64,000 nt of DNA, taken from the NCBI GenBank assembly GCA_038131735.1, contig JAYPPX010000001.1, positions 1,186,592 to 1,250,591 of the forward strand. The letters run 5' to 3'. The translations under genes were made by a program, and so were the position numbers. The notes beneath the pieces were generated by a model. It ran no database searches, had not been told where the DNA came from, and saw only the letters and a program-made list of their open reading frames with translations. Numbering within the stretch: position 1 is the stretch's first letter; each line of letters starts with the position of its first letter. Below, piece after piece: positions 1 to 8,839 of the stretch. Source of the stretch: Hyphomicrobiales bacterium. Its GTDB lineage: Bacteria > Pseudomonadota > Alphaproteobacteria > Rhizobiales > TMED25.

Positions 1-449
1 ATTGCGCTTGAGCTATAACCTCATCTTTATTTAATTTTAATTCATGTAAAATCTCAGAGAGATTTGGTTCTGTCGCTGGCTCTTTTCCTTGTTCAAACCA
101 CCTTTTGTATGTTGATATGACATAATCTATACCCCATCCCTCATTCATACCAAGAACGGCTATTTTATTGGCTAAATCAAATTGGGTAAGTGGATAAGGA
201 GCGGGTATTTTGGGATTGAAACCATAAAAAGCAGCTCTCCTTTCAATATCTCTCCACATATAGTCGGATTTAATTTTCTTGGAAGGTGGAGTAAAAGGAA
301 TATTATCCATATCCATCATTATTTTCCGAACACTGAATGGGTGCCAATTAAATAGAAGTCCCTCTTGTTTTGAGAGTTCATTTATTCTGCTTACAGTTAA
401 ATATGTATAGGTACTTCCAATTGAGAACCAAAAATCAATATATTTCATA
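1..449 (-). CDS. DsbA-like thioredoxin-fold protein, 2-hydroxychromene-2-carboxylate isomerase family (N-terminal part only; C-terminus lies left of the window)
   Basis: Not in the ORF track because it runs off the window. My translation of the minus strand from ATG at 449-447 gives MKYIDFWFSIGSTYTYLTVSRINELSKQEGLLFNWHPFSVRKIM... The (I/V)DFWFxxxSxYxYL N-terminus is the family hallmark I recognise. Confidence 0.55.
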
Positions 450-518
450 ATGCAAAACAACCCTTTTTAAGAACAACTATTCTAGAAAGAATGTATCCTA
501 TATTCTAGTAAATGGTGG

Positions 519-2828
519 TTAACTTCCAATTATTGCAGCTAATACCTTTGGAGGCGATAGAGGAAGTGTTTCAAACCTCACACCTATGGCATCATTGATA
601 GCATTTGCAATTGCAGCTGTTGGAGGTATGATTGGGACTTCACCAATACCTCTTACACCATATGGATGATATGGATTGGGAACCTCAACTATCTCAACAT
701 CGATAAATGGAACATCTGACGCGACCGGTACCCTGTAATCAAGAAATCCAGGATTTTGAAGTCTACCATCTTCTCCATAAATATATTCCTCATTCAATGC
801 CCATCCAATACCCTGAACTGCACCGCCCTGATATTGCCCTTCTACATAAGCCGGGTGGATAGCTTTCCCTGCATCCTGCACAATTGTATGACGAAGTATT
901 TTCACGCTTCCTGTTTCTTTATCGACTTCAACATCAACAATTTGAGTCCCAAAACTAGGTCCAGCACCTTGAACATTTTTTTCACAATGACCAGCAATTG
1001 GCCCCCCTGTTCTAGTCGCATTTCTAGCAATGTCAGATAAAGATAGCGGTTCAAATGGTCCTACATTTGTGCTTGCAGGTCTTGCAAATCCATTCTCCCA
1101 AACAACTTCTTCAACTTTTACATTCCATGTTTTTGCCGCTCTTAATTTACACTCTTCTATAGCATCTCTTGCAGCCAAAACAGAAACAATACCTCCTGCA
1201 AATGTTCCTCTACTGCCTGCAGTGACAAAATTAAAACCAAGTTGAGAGGTGTCGCCGGTTGTAACTCTTACTTTATCAGAGTCAATTCCAAATTCTTCTG
1301 CCACCATCATGGCAAGGGATGCACGTGATCCACCAGCTACATCTATTGTACCAACAGAAACAGCAATAGTCCCATCATCATTAACATTTAATGAGGCAGT
1401 TGTATCCATGCCAATATTCATCCAAAAACCTGTAGCAACTCCTCTACCCTGATTTTCTTTTAATGGAATTTGGTAATTTTTATGCTGTTTTGCTTTGTGA
1501 AGTGTTTCTTCAAATCCAATTCGTGGAAACTTAACACCGTAATAAGTTTGTGTTCCTTCTTTTGCAGCGTTAAGTATTCTAATATCTATTGGATCAATAG
1601 ATAGCTTTTTTGCTGCTTCATCAATTACACTCTCAACACCAAAAGCTGCTACAGGTGCACCCGGTGCTCTGTATGCCGCAACCTTTGGTCTGTTAGAAAT
1701 CACATCATGACCAATAACTCGTACGTTTTCAATATCGTATCTTGTAAAACATGTGATTGTTGCTTGACCTAGTGGAGTCCCTGGGAACGCACCCGATTGC
1801 ATATCTATCTGTGCATCTGCTGCGATTATTTTTCCTTCTTTATTCAATCCTAATTTTACATATGTACGACCAGCTGGGCTTGGGCCGCTAGCTCTGAAAA
1901 CCTCATTTCGAGACATAACCATCTTTACAGGTCTTCTTGCTATTTTGGATAAAGTTATTGCTAGAGGTTCTAAATAGACATTATTTTTACCACCAAATCC
2001 ACCCCCCAACTCTGTTGGAATAACCTTGATTTTAGAGACCTCCATACTTAATAATTTTGCACACTGAGCCCTTATAGTGAAATGCCCTTGTGTGCATGAG
2101 TATAATTCAACTTGACCATCTTCTGTATAAGAGGCAACTGCTGCATGCGGTTCAATATAGCCCTGATGCACGGGTTTTGTGGTGAACGATCTTTCTATAA
2201 CTAAATGTGCTTCATTGAATGCAGAGTCTATATCTCCCCTAACAAAAGTTAGTCTCTTGGCAATATTTGATGGTTTATCGGGGACTGATTCTTTGGTTGT
2301 ATCCCCGCCAAGCACTCTGACCTCACCTTGAGTGAACTGATCTTCGTCCAACAATGGTGCATCATCTTTCATTGCATCTGCAACATCTATTACATGAGGT
2401 AATATCTCATATTCGACCTTTATAAGATTTATAGCTTTTTTAGCAATTGATTCAGATGTAGCAGCAACAGCAGCAACTGCGTGACCATCATATAAAACTT
2501 TTTCTCTTGCCATAACATTACGAGTCACATCTCTAAAATTTGCAACCAATTCACCAACAGGAATTACCTGGGATGGCATATCTTCAAAATCTTTACTTGT
2601 GATAACTGCTTTCACTCCTGTGAGTGCTTTTGCCTGTGAAATATCAATAGACTTGATCCTCGCATGTGCATGAGGGCTTCTAAGAACACACCCATATAGC
2701 TGACCCGGTAAGTTAATATCCGCGCCATATCGTGCCCGACCCGTTACCTTATCAACTCCGTCTGGTCTGAGTGGTCGTGTTCCAATAGTTTTTAAATTTT
2801 TCTCTTCATATGCGACCAAATCTGACAT
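519..2828 (-). CDS. Molybdopterin-binding large subunit of a xanthine dehydrogenase/aldehyde oxidase-family hydroxylase (CoxL-like, not a canonical CO dehydrogenase)
   Basis: 769-aa ORF. RPDGVDKVTGRARYGADI N-terminus, GGGFGGK and AYRAPGAP segments are typical of the family. It follows the FAD and 2Fe-2S subunit genes with 1-nt spacing (M-S-L order). Confidence 0.85.
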   Translation of the reverse strand: MSDLVAYEEKNLKTIGTRPLRPDGVDKVTGRARYGADINLPGQLYGCVLRSPHAHARIKSIDISQAKALTGVKAVITSKDFEDMPSQVIPVGELVANFRDVTRNVMAREKVLYDGHAVAAVAATSESIAKKAINLIKVEYEILPHVIDVADAMKDDAPLLDEDQFTQGEVRVLGGDTTKESVPDKPSNIAKRLTFVRGDIDSAFNEAHLVIERSFTTKPVHQGYIEPHAAVASYTEDGQVELYSCTQGHFTIRAQCAKLLSMEVSKIKVIPTELGGGFGGKNNVYLEPLAITLSKIARRPVKMVMSRNEVFRASGPSPAGRTYVKLGLNKEGKIIAADAQIDMQSGAFPGTPLGQATITCFTRYDIENVRVIGHDVISNRPKVAAYRAPGAPVAAFGVESVIDEAAKKLSIDPIDIRILNAAKEGTQTYYGVKFPRIGFEETLHKAKQHKNYQIPLKENQGRGVATGFWMNIGMDTTASLNVNDDGTIAVSVGTIDVAGGSRASLAMMVAEEFGIDSDKVRVTTGDTSQLGFNFVTAGSRGTFAGGIVSVLAARDAIEECKLRAAKTWNVKVEEVVWENGFARPASTNVGPFEPLSLSDIARNATRTGGPIAGHCEKNVQGAGPSFGTQIVDVEVDKETGSVKILRHTIVQDAGKAIHPAYVEGQYQGGAVQGIGWALNEEYIYGEDGRLQNPGFLDYRVPVASDVPFIDVEIVEVPNPYHPYGVRGIGEVPIIPPTAAIANAINDAIGVRFETLPLSPPKVLAAIIGS

Positions 2829-2829
2829 A

Positions 2830-3303
2830 TCAACCCCTCATTTCTGCAGCGGCATCCATAACTGCCTCTACAATTTTATGATATCCTGTGCATCTGCACA
2901 GGTTCCCTGCCAACCAATATCTAACTTCTGTTTCTGTTGGATTTGGATTTCTCTCGAGTAGTGCTTTTGCTGCAATTAAAAAACCTGGTGTACAGATGCC
3001 ACATTGCAACGCTGCATGTTCAATAAATTTACGTTGTAGAATATGGAGGTTACCGTCTTCTGACATACCCTCAATAGTTTCAATTACCTTACCTTCAGCT
3101 TCCACAGCTAGTGTTAAACATGAACAAACAAGTCTACCATCCAGCATAACAGAACACGCACCACAATCTCCTGTACTACATCCTTCTTTTGTACCAGTAA
3201 GTCTTAGTTGATTTCTTATAACAGATAAGAGTGTTTCATTTGAGTCGCAAAGAAAATCAGACTCATCCCCATTTATAGTTGTTTGAACATGTTTTCTAGC
3301 CAT
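2830..3303 (-). CDS. [2Fe-2S]-binding small subunit of the Mo-hydroxylase
   Basis: 157 aa. Two Cys clusters, CSTGDCGAC...C and CGICTPG...CRCTGY, are characteristic of CoxS/CutS-type small subunits. Confidence 0.9.
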   Translation of the reverse strand: MARKHVQTTINGDESDFLCDSNETLLSVIRNQLRLTGTKEGCSTGDCGACSVMLDGRLVCSCLTLAVEAEGKVIETIEGMSEDGNLHILQRKFIEHAALQCGICTPGFLIAAKALLERNPNPTETEVRYWLAGNLCRCTGYHKIVEAVMDAAAEMRG

Positions 3304-4162
3304 TATTTATTCTCTCCAATGCGATGTGTAATGCACGTTTTGCAAGAACTCCAATTACTTGTTTTCTAAATTCTACTGTTCCTCTTTTATCATCAATTGG
3401 TCTTGCCAAATCCCTTACTTCACTCATAAATTTTTCAATTATTTCAGCATCAACTTTTTTACCAATTAATGCCTTAGCTGCAGCTTCGGCAACTAGCGCT
3501 TTTTCAGCAACTGCGCCTATTGATACTTTCGCATGTTCAATTTGAGATTTATCCCCTAACGAGATGTTTATACCAACACCTGCAACAGCAATATCCATTT
3601 CTGTACGTGGAGTAAACCTCAAGTATGCGCCACTTGAATTATTATTCTTCTTAGGAAATTTTATTCCAACTAAAACTTCATCAGATTTAAGAATGTTTTT
3701 GCCAGGCCCTAATATGAAATCTTCAACTAGCACATCTCTTTTTCCTTTTGAGCCTAGAATAATGGCTTTTGCATCGGATGCTATCATTGCAGGAATACTG
3801 TCAGCAGCAGGCGAAGCATTACATAAATTTCCACCCATACTGGCCCTTCCTTTTATTTGAATTGAACCTATTAGCTTCACACCATCGACTACCCCTGGCC
3901 ACATCTTAGAAAAACCTTGATGCTCAATGATAGTCATACCAGGTACCGCAGCTCCAACAAAGAATCCATCAGTGTCTTCTTTTATTTCCATCATTTCACT
4001 TATATTTTTTAAATCAATAACTGAAGTCGGTTCTATAATCTGTGATTGCATTTGAACAAGTAAGTCTGTACCCCCTGCTAACAGATGTTTTTTTTCTGAG
4101 TTATTACTTAGTAATGAAGATAATTCATCAATTGTTGATGGCGAATGGAAGTCCATTATCAT
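3296..4162 (-). CDS. FAD-binding medium subunit of the Mo-hydroxylase
   Basis: 288 aa. LLAGGTDLLVQM FAD-binding (PCMH-type) segment. Size and position match CoxM/CutM-type subunits. 8-nt overlap with the small-subunit gene. Confidence 0.85.
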   Translation of the reverse strand: MIMDFHSPSTIDELSSLLSNNSEKKHLLAGGTDLLVQMQSQIIEPTSVIDLKNISEMMEIKEDTDGFFVGAAVPGMTIIEHQGFSKMWPGVVDGVKLIGSIQIKGRASMGGNLCNASPAADSIPAMIASDAKAIILGSKGKRDVLVEDFILGPGKNILKSDEVLVGIKFPKKNNNSSGAYLRFTPRTEMDIAVAGVGINISLGDKSQIEHAKVSIGAVAEKALVAEAAAKALIGKKVDAEIIEKFMSEVRDLARPIDDKRGTVEFRKQVIGVLAKRALHIALERINNG

Positions 4163-4351
4163 ACCCCTATTATTTTCTATCTAATTAATCTAATACGAAA
4201 AAAAATTTGTTGCAAAAAAATTAATTAATAAATTGATTAACTCAAACACTATCGATAATAATAATTTAAATTTACATCTTATAAATAATACCTTAGTAAG
4301 ATAATTAATAAATCCTCTTCAATTTGAGTAAATAATTAGAAATTTCATACA

Positions 4352-6166
4352 ATGGATCTTAGAAATATAGCCATCATTGCACATGTTGATCATGGTAAAA
4401 CAACCCTTATAGATAAACTACTCTCCCAATCAGGAGCTTTCAGAGAAAATCAGAAGGTTGCAGAAAGGGTAATGGACTCAAATGACCTAGAGAAAGAGAG
4501 GGGAATCACAATATTAGCAAAATGTACCTCTATTGTATGGAATCAAGTTAGAATAAATATTATTGATACACCTGGTCATGCAGATTTTGGTGGCGAAGTT
4601 GAAAGAATTCTTAGTATGGTTGATAGTGCTATCCTGCTTGTTGATGCTGCTGAAGGCCCAATGCCACAGACAAAGTTTGTGTTGGCAAAAGCTCTCCAGA
4701 TAGGATTAAGACCGATGGTTGTTATTAACAAAGTTGATAAAAGTGATTCCCGACCAGACGAAGTTGTAAATGAGATTTTTGATCTTTTTGCTGTATTAGA
4801 TGCTAATGAGTACCAGCTTGATTTCCCAATCCTATATGGTTCAGGAAGAGATGGCTGGGTGACAAATGATTTAGAAATTAAAAATGATAATTTAACCCCA
4901 TTGTTTGATTTGATAATCAAACACACCCCTCCTCCAAAGATTGAGAATGGTGAGTTTAAAATGCTCGGAACAATTTTAGGTAACGATCCTTATTTAGGAA
5001 GATTGATTACGGGAAAAGTATTTTCTGGAGAAGTATCCACAAACCAGCAAATAAAAGTATTAAGTCAGGATGGGAGTTTAATTGAGACCGGTAGGATTAC
5101 AAAAATACTAGCATTCAGGGGTACTGAAAGGGCGGGAATTGAAAAAGGCACATCAGGAGATATCGTCTCGATAGCGGGATTAACAAAAGGAACTGTGGCA
5201 GATACATTTTGTGCACTAGAGAACAACACGGTTTTACATGCACAACCTATTGATCCACCAACAGTACAAATGGCATTTAGTGTAAATGACAGTCCTCTAG
5301 CTGGTACAGAAGGAGATAAAGTTACAGGGAGGATGATTGGAGATCGATTAATGAAAGAGGGTGAAGGAAATATTACTCTTCAAATCGAAAAATCACAAAA
5401 TGATAGTGGTTACCTTGTATCTGGAAGAGGAGAATTACAATTATCAGTCCTAATTGAAACTATGAGAAGAGAGGGCTATGAATTGAGTGTTTCAAAGCCA
5501 CAAGTATTAATGAAGAATGACGACCATGGCAAGTTACTTGAACCAATAGAAGAAGTTATAATCGATGTTGATGATGAATATACCGGGCAAGTTGTTCAAG
5601 ACCTTAATTTACGAAGAGGAGTCATGCTAGAGATGAAACCATTTGGTATAGGTAGATCTAGACTGATTTTTGAAGCACCTACAAGAGGATTAATTGGTTA
5701 TCAATCTGAACTAATGACTGCTACAAGTGGTACTGCAGTTATTAATCGACTGTTTTCGCGTTATGAAAATCACAAAGGTGAAATCAAAGGTAGAACAAAT
5801 GGAGTATTGATTTCAAATGGACAAGGAGCTTCAGTAGCTTTTGCACTATTTAATCTCGAGGAACGAGGGCAAATGATTATTGGTTCAGGTATCCCTGTAT
5901 ATCAAGGAATGATAATAGGTATTCATTCGAGACCAAATGATCTTGAAGTTAATGTACTTAAAGGCAAGAAATTAACAAATATTAGAACACACGCAAAAGA
6001 TGAGGCAGTAAAACTTACACCTCCTCTGGATATGAATTTAGAGAAAGCAATTGCATGGATTTCTGATGATGAATTAATTGAGATAACCCCAAAATCAATC
6101 AGGATTCGTAAGAAATTTCTAGATCCTAATATCAGAAAAAAAATATCAAGAGAAAAAATTAACTAG
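4352..6166 (+). CDS. typA: Translational GTPase TypA/BipA
   Basis: 604 aa. G motifs AHVDHGKTT, DTPGHADF, NKVDK. Full-length EF-G-like domain order and the C-terminal TypA-specific region (ELIEITPKSIRIRK). Confidence 0.95.
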   Translation: MDLRNIAIIAHVDHGKTTLIDKLLSQSGAFRENQKVAERVMDSNDLEKERGITILAKCTSIVWNQVRINIIDTPGHADFGGEVERILSMVDSAILLVDAAEGPMPQTKFVLAKALQIGLRPMVVINKVDKSDSRPDEVVNEIFDLFAVLDANEYQLDFPILYGSGRDGWVTNDLEIKNDNLTPLFDLIIKHTPPPKIENGEFKMLGTILGNDPYLGRLITGKVFSGEVSTNQQIKVLSQDGSLIETGRITKILAFRGTERAGIEKGTSGDIVSIAGLTKGTVADTFCALENNTVLHAQPIDPPTVQMAFSVNDSPLAGTEGDKVTGRMIGDRLMKEGEGNITLQIEKSQNDSGYLVSGRGELQLSVLIETMRREGYELSVSKPQVLMKNDDHGKLLEPIEEVIIDVDDEYTGQVVQDLNLRRGVMLEMKPFGIGRSRLIFEAPTRGLIGYQSELMTATSGTAVINRLFSRYENHKGEIKGRTNGVLISNGQGASVAFALFNLEERGQMIIGSGIPVYQGMIIGIHSRPNDLEVNVLKGKKLTNIRTHAKDEAVKLTPPLDMNLEKAIAWISDDELIEITPKSIRIRKKFLDPNIRKKISREKIN

Positions 6167-6186
6167 TACTATTTTGAATTGCAAAG

Positions 6187-6324
6187 TTATTTTAAATTTA
6201 AGTTAGGCTCAAACTCTAATGTTGAATGAGAAATGTTAAAACTTTTATCAAGGATTTCCTTTATCTGATGCTTAAGTTTTTCAACTTCATTTAATTCTGA
6301 GACTTCAGCTGAGCCTTCAATCAT
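6187..6324 (-). pseudogene. 45-codon remnant resembling the extreme C-terminus of a cation diffusion facilitator (CDF) transporter
   Basis: My translation: MIEGSAEVSELNEVEKLKHQIKEILDKSFNISHSTLEFEPNLNLK*. The ...LxxxIxxxLxxxxxIxHxTxxxE ending resembles CzcD/ZitB C-termini (..IEHATIQME..). An in-frame stop lies 4 codons upstream of the ATG, so no full-length gene is present. Confidence 0.3.
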
Positions 6325-6327
6325 TTC
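6296..6327. repeat. Left arm of a perfect 32-bp inverted repeat
   Basis: tctgagacttcagctgagccttcaatcatttc is the exact reverse complement of 6520-6551. Confidence 0.95.
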
Positions 6328-6393
6328 TCTAGCAATTCACATCAAGTTTATGTTACAATTTATTATTATTAATTTAACATAGAGGTATAGATT

Positions 6394-6600
6394 ATGATCA
6401 ATAAAAATTTATTAGTTGGTTTGGTTTGTGGCTTCACACTTGGAGCAGTCGTACCAGTTTATAGTTATTTTAATCCCATCGCTGTAGAAACCGAAGGTTT
6501 TAATGATATCTGTGAAGTGGAAATGATTGAAGGCTCAGCTGAAGTCTCAGATGCCATCGAAAAAGATAACAGCATTTATAAATTCATCAGAGTTTTATAG
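6394..6600 (+). CDS. Small hypothetical protein with hydrophobic N-terminus (68 aa)
   Basis: ORF track entry. GAGG about 8 nt upstream of the ATG. N-terminus MINKNLLVGLVCGFTLGAVVPVY looks like a signal or TM segment. The C-terminal part is encoded partly by the right arm of the inverted repeat, so it may be a chimeric or fortuitous ORF. Confidence 0.3.
   Translation: MINKNLLVGLVCGFTLGAVVPVYSYFNPIAVETEGFNDICEVEMIEGSAEVSDAIEKDNSIYKFIRVL
6520..6551. repeat. Right arm of a perfect 32-bp inverted repeat
   Basis: gaaatgattgaaggctcagctgaagtctcaga is the exact reverse complement of 6296-6327. The match does not extend on either side. Confidence 0.95.
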
Positions 6601-6616
6601 AGCAGAATACAGTCAG

Positions 6617-7750
6617 ATGTCAGGTGTACCACTATTTAATCCGATAAAAATTAAATCAATCAGCTTCAAGAATAGAGTTATAATGTCACCAATGTGTCAA
6701 TATTCTGCTGAGGATGGGCACCTGACAAACTGGCATAAGCAACATTATCCGCGCTTTGCACAATCTGGACTTGGTGGTGCTTTTATAGAAGCCACTGCTG
6801 TATCACCAGAAGGAAGAATTACTCATGGCTGCACAGGAATCTGGGATGATAAATTTATGCCGGATCTTTCAGATATAGTAAAAATATTTAAGCAGTATAA
6901 TGTAAATATTGGAATTCAATTAGCCCATGCTGGTAGAAAAGCAAGCTGCGATAGACCAATTGATGGTGCCAAACCACTTACATCTCAATCAAAAGAAGCG
7001 CCATGGGAAATAATAGCTCCATCAGCTATTCCAATGAGTGCTAACTCTCCTGAGCCACGTGCGGCATCTCAGGATGATATTCATAGAATAATTAGTGACT
7101 TCACCTTAGCCGCTGAAAGAGCTAATAAAGCTGGATTTGAAATGATTGAAATACATGGTGCTCATGGTTATCTACTTCATACATTTTTATCGCCAATATC
7201 TAACAAACGAACTGATAGTTATGGAGGTGGTTTTGAGAATAGAGTTCGGATAATTAAGGAAGTTGTTAGTTCTATCAACAAAGTTTGGCCAAAAAATAAA
7301 CCTTTTTTCTATAGAATATCTTCAATTGATGGACTAGATGGTGGTACGACGTGGAATGAAATATTAGAGCTCGTAGAAATACTAAAATCTCTCGGTGTCG
7401 ATGTAATAGATTGTTCATCAGGTGGGCTGAGTGGTACTTCTGCAATATCAAAAGCGAAGATAACGCCAGGTTTTCAAGTAAATTATGCAAAAAATATCAA
7501 AGAACATTGTAAAATGAACACAATGGCCGTTGGTGCGATAATAGGTTTTGAACAAGCAAATAATATAATTACTGATAATTGTGCTGATTTTGTTGCGCTT
7601 GGAAGAGAACTTATGTCAAATACTCAGTGGGTTTATCATGCCGCTAAACATTTTAAGCTGGGCAACTCAAAAGATTTTATTGATCCTAAATATGCTTTTT
7701 ATCTTCAGAGAAGAGATGAACAGCTTGATCTTGAGCATTTGCCGAAATAA
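6617..7750 (+). CDS. NADH:flavin oxidoreductase, Old Yellow Enzyme family (YqjM/NamA-like)
   Basis: ORF track 6527..7750. I prefer ATG 6617 (MSGVPLFNPIKIKSISFKNRVIMSPMCQYS), the typical family N-terminus. HGAHGYLLHTFLSP and GGGFENRVR motifs are present. Confidence 0.85.
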   Translation: MSGVPLFNPIKIKSISFKNRVIMSPMCQYSAEDGHLTNWHKQHYPRFAQSGLGGAFIEATAVSPEGRITHGCTGIWDDKFMPDLSDIVKIFKQYNVNIGIQLAHAGRKASCDRPIDGAKPLTSQSKEAPWEIIAPSAIPMSANSPEPRAASQDDIHRIISDFTLAAERANKAGFEMIEIHGAHGYLLHTFLSPISNKRTDSYGGGFENRVRIIKEVVSSINKVWPKNKPFFYRISSIDGLDGGTTWNEILELVEILKSLGVDVIDCSSGGLSGTSAISKAKITPGFQVNYAKNIKEHCKMNTMAVGAIIGFEQANNIITDNCADFVALGRELMSNTQWVYHAAKHFKLGNSKDFIDPKYAFYLQRRDEQLDLEHLPK

Positions 7751-7755
7751 TTAGG

Positions 7756-8433
7756 TTAATTCCTAAATCTCAAACTAATATCTTGTCCAAACATAGAGAC
7801 ATGAAAATCTTCCATATTAATAGGATGTGGCGGGAATACTGATCCAAGCAATATTACATCACCTTTCTTGATACCTCTTCCTATTTGGTTTGCGACTTTA
7901 TTACATTCATCAAAGTTATCTTCAAGTGTCCCAATTATTGCTTCTATATTATCAAACGGATCCCACTTTTCATGTCCCATAGAAGTTAATAACTCTTCCT
8001 TATCTATAGCTTCAATCCAACCAGTTTTAGTATCCTTTCCCAATATCCATCCCCGCTGATATATATTTTCAGATAGGACAAATGTTGGATTAATTGGTGG
8101 ACTATGGAAGTCAACAAACTCTATTCCGGGCACAAAGCTTGATACTGAATCTTTTATTTGATCAAAAGTTGCATCACCATGTATGTCATTATTAATGTGT
8201 GCAGCCAATTCTGCTTCAACTCTTGGTTCATTGTAAATTTTTAGATCAATTTCAGCTTCTGACTTAATTTCACCAGAGTCAAATAAAGCCCCAACAAGAG
8301 GTCTGGTTATTCCAAGCGCTTTCATTCCTGCAGGAGATCCAAAACCTAATTTCCATCCAACTTGAGTGTGACCAAGTTTGATTTCTTTTTCAATTGCAGT
8401 ATTTAATGCATCTAATTGTTCTTGATTAACCAT
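7756..8433 (-). CDS. FAH-fold hydratase/decarboxylase, 2-oxopent-4-enoate hydratase (MhpD/XylJ)-like
   Basis: ORF track 7756..8451. I prefer ATG 8433 (MVNQEQLDAL...), giving an 8-nt overlap with the upstream gene. VGWKLGFGSPAGMKALGITRPLVGALF resembles this family. Confidence 0.5.
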   Translation of the reverse strand: MVNQEQLDALNTAIEKEIKLGHTQVGWKLGFGSPAGMKALGITRPLVGALFDSGEIKSEAEIDLKIYNEPRVEAELAAHINNDIHGDATFDQIKDSVSSFVPGIEFVDFHSPPINPTFVLSENIYQRGWILGKDTKTGWIEAIDKEELLTSMGHEKWDPFDNIEAIIGTLEDNFDECNKVANQIGRGIKKGDVILLGSVFPPHPINMEDFHVSMFGQDISLRFRN

Positions 8434-8839
8434 GATTAGGATGAACCTCATATCCTGCGTCTTCTAGAGAACCTTTCCCTATCCAACCCCATACAAGTAC
8501 AACATCTTTATCACTTGTATTTTTAAACCCATGCCACTGATTACGTGGTGTAAATACAACGTCACCTTTTTTACTTGTTTTTTCACCACCATCGTGTTCA
8601 TACATAACACCTTCTCCTGATATGACAATCCAAAACTCATCAACATGAAAATGACGATGTCTATCATGCATAGCCCCTGGTGGTAGAACAGTCCACCCTA
8701 ATAAGAAATCTTCAGAACCATTTGAAGCCTTATCAATTAAAAACTGAACCTGCATATCAACCCAACCATCTTCTTCTTTGAGCCCTCCGACTTTAGGAAC
8801 ATCACTAATGTTCATCATAAATTGATCTTTTATCATCAT
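8426..8839 (-). CDS. Cupin-domain protein
   Basis: 137 aa. HDRHRHFHVDEFWIVISGEG ... VVFTPRNQWHGFKN matches the two cupin motifs. ATGA overlap with the upstream gene. Confidence 0.7.
   Translation of the reverse strand: MMIKDQFMMNISDVPKVGGLKEEDGWVDMQVQFLIDKASNGSEDFLLGWTVLPPGAMHDRHRHFHVDEFWIVISGEGVMYEHDGGEKTSKKGDVVFTPRNQWHGFKNTSDKDVVLVWGWIGKGSLEDAGYEVHPNHG

Noticed and set aside
519-2828. Calling the Mo-hydroxylase large subunit an aerobic CO dehydrogenase (coxL).
   Set aside because: The active-site loop reads AYRAPGAP rather than the form I AYxCSFR signature. No cox accessory genes are nearby.
6296-6551. MITE or IS remnant defined by the 32-bp terminal inverted repeats.
   Set aside because: There is no target-site duplication in the flanks (catttaat versus tgccatcg). 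The arms look like coding sequence (MIEGSAEVS). No transposase or other copies occur in the window. No recombinase is nearby to support a dedicated invertase switch, so it is reported only as an unexplained repeat.
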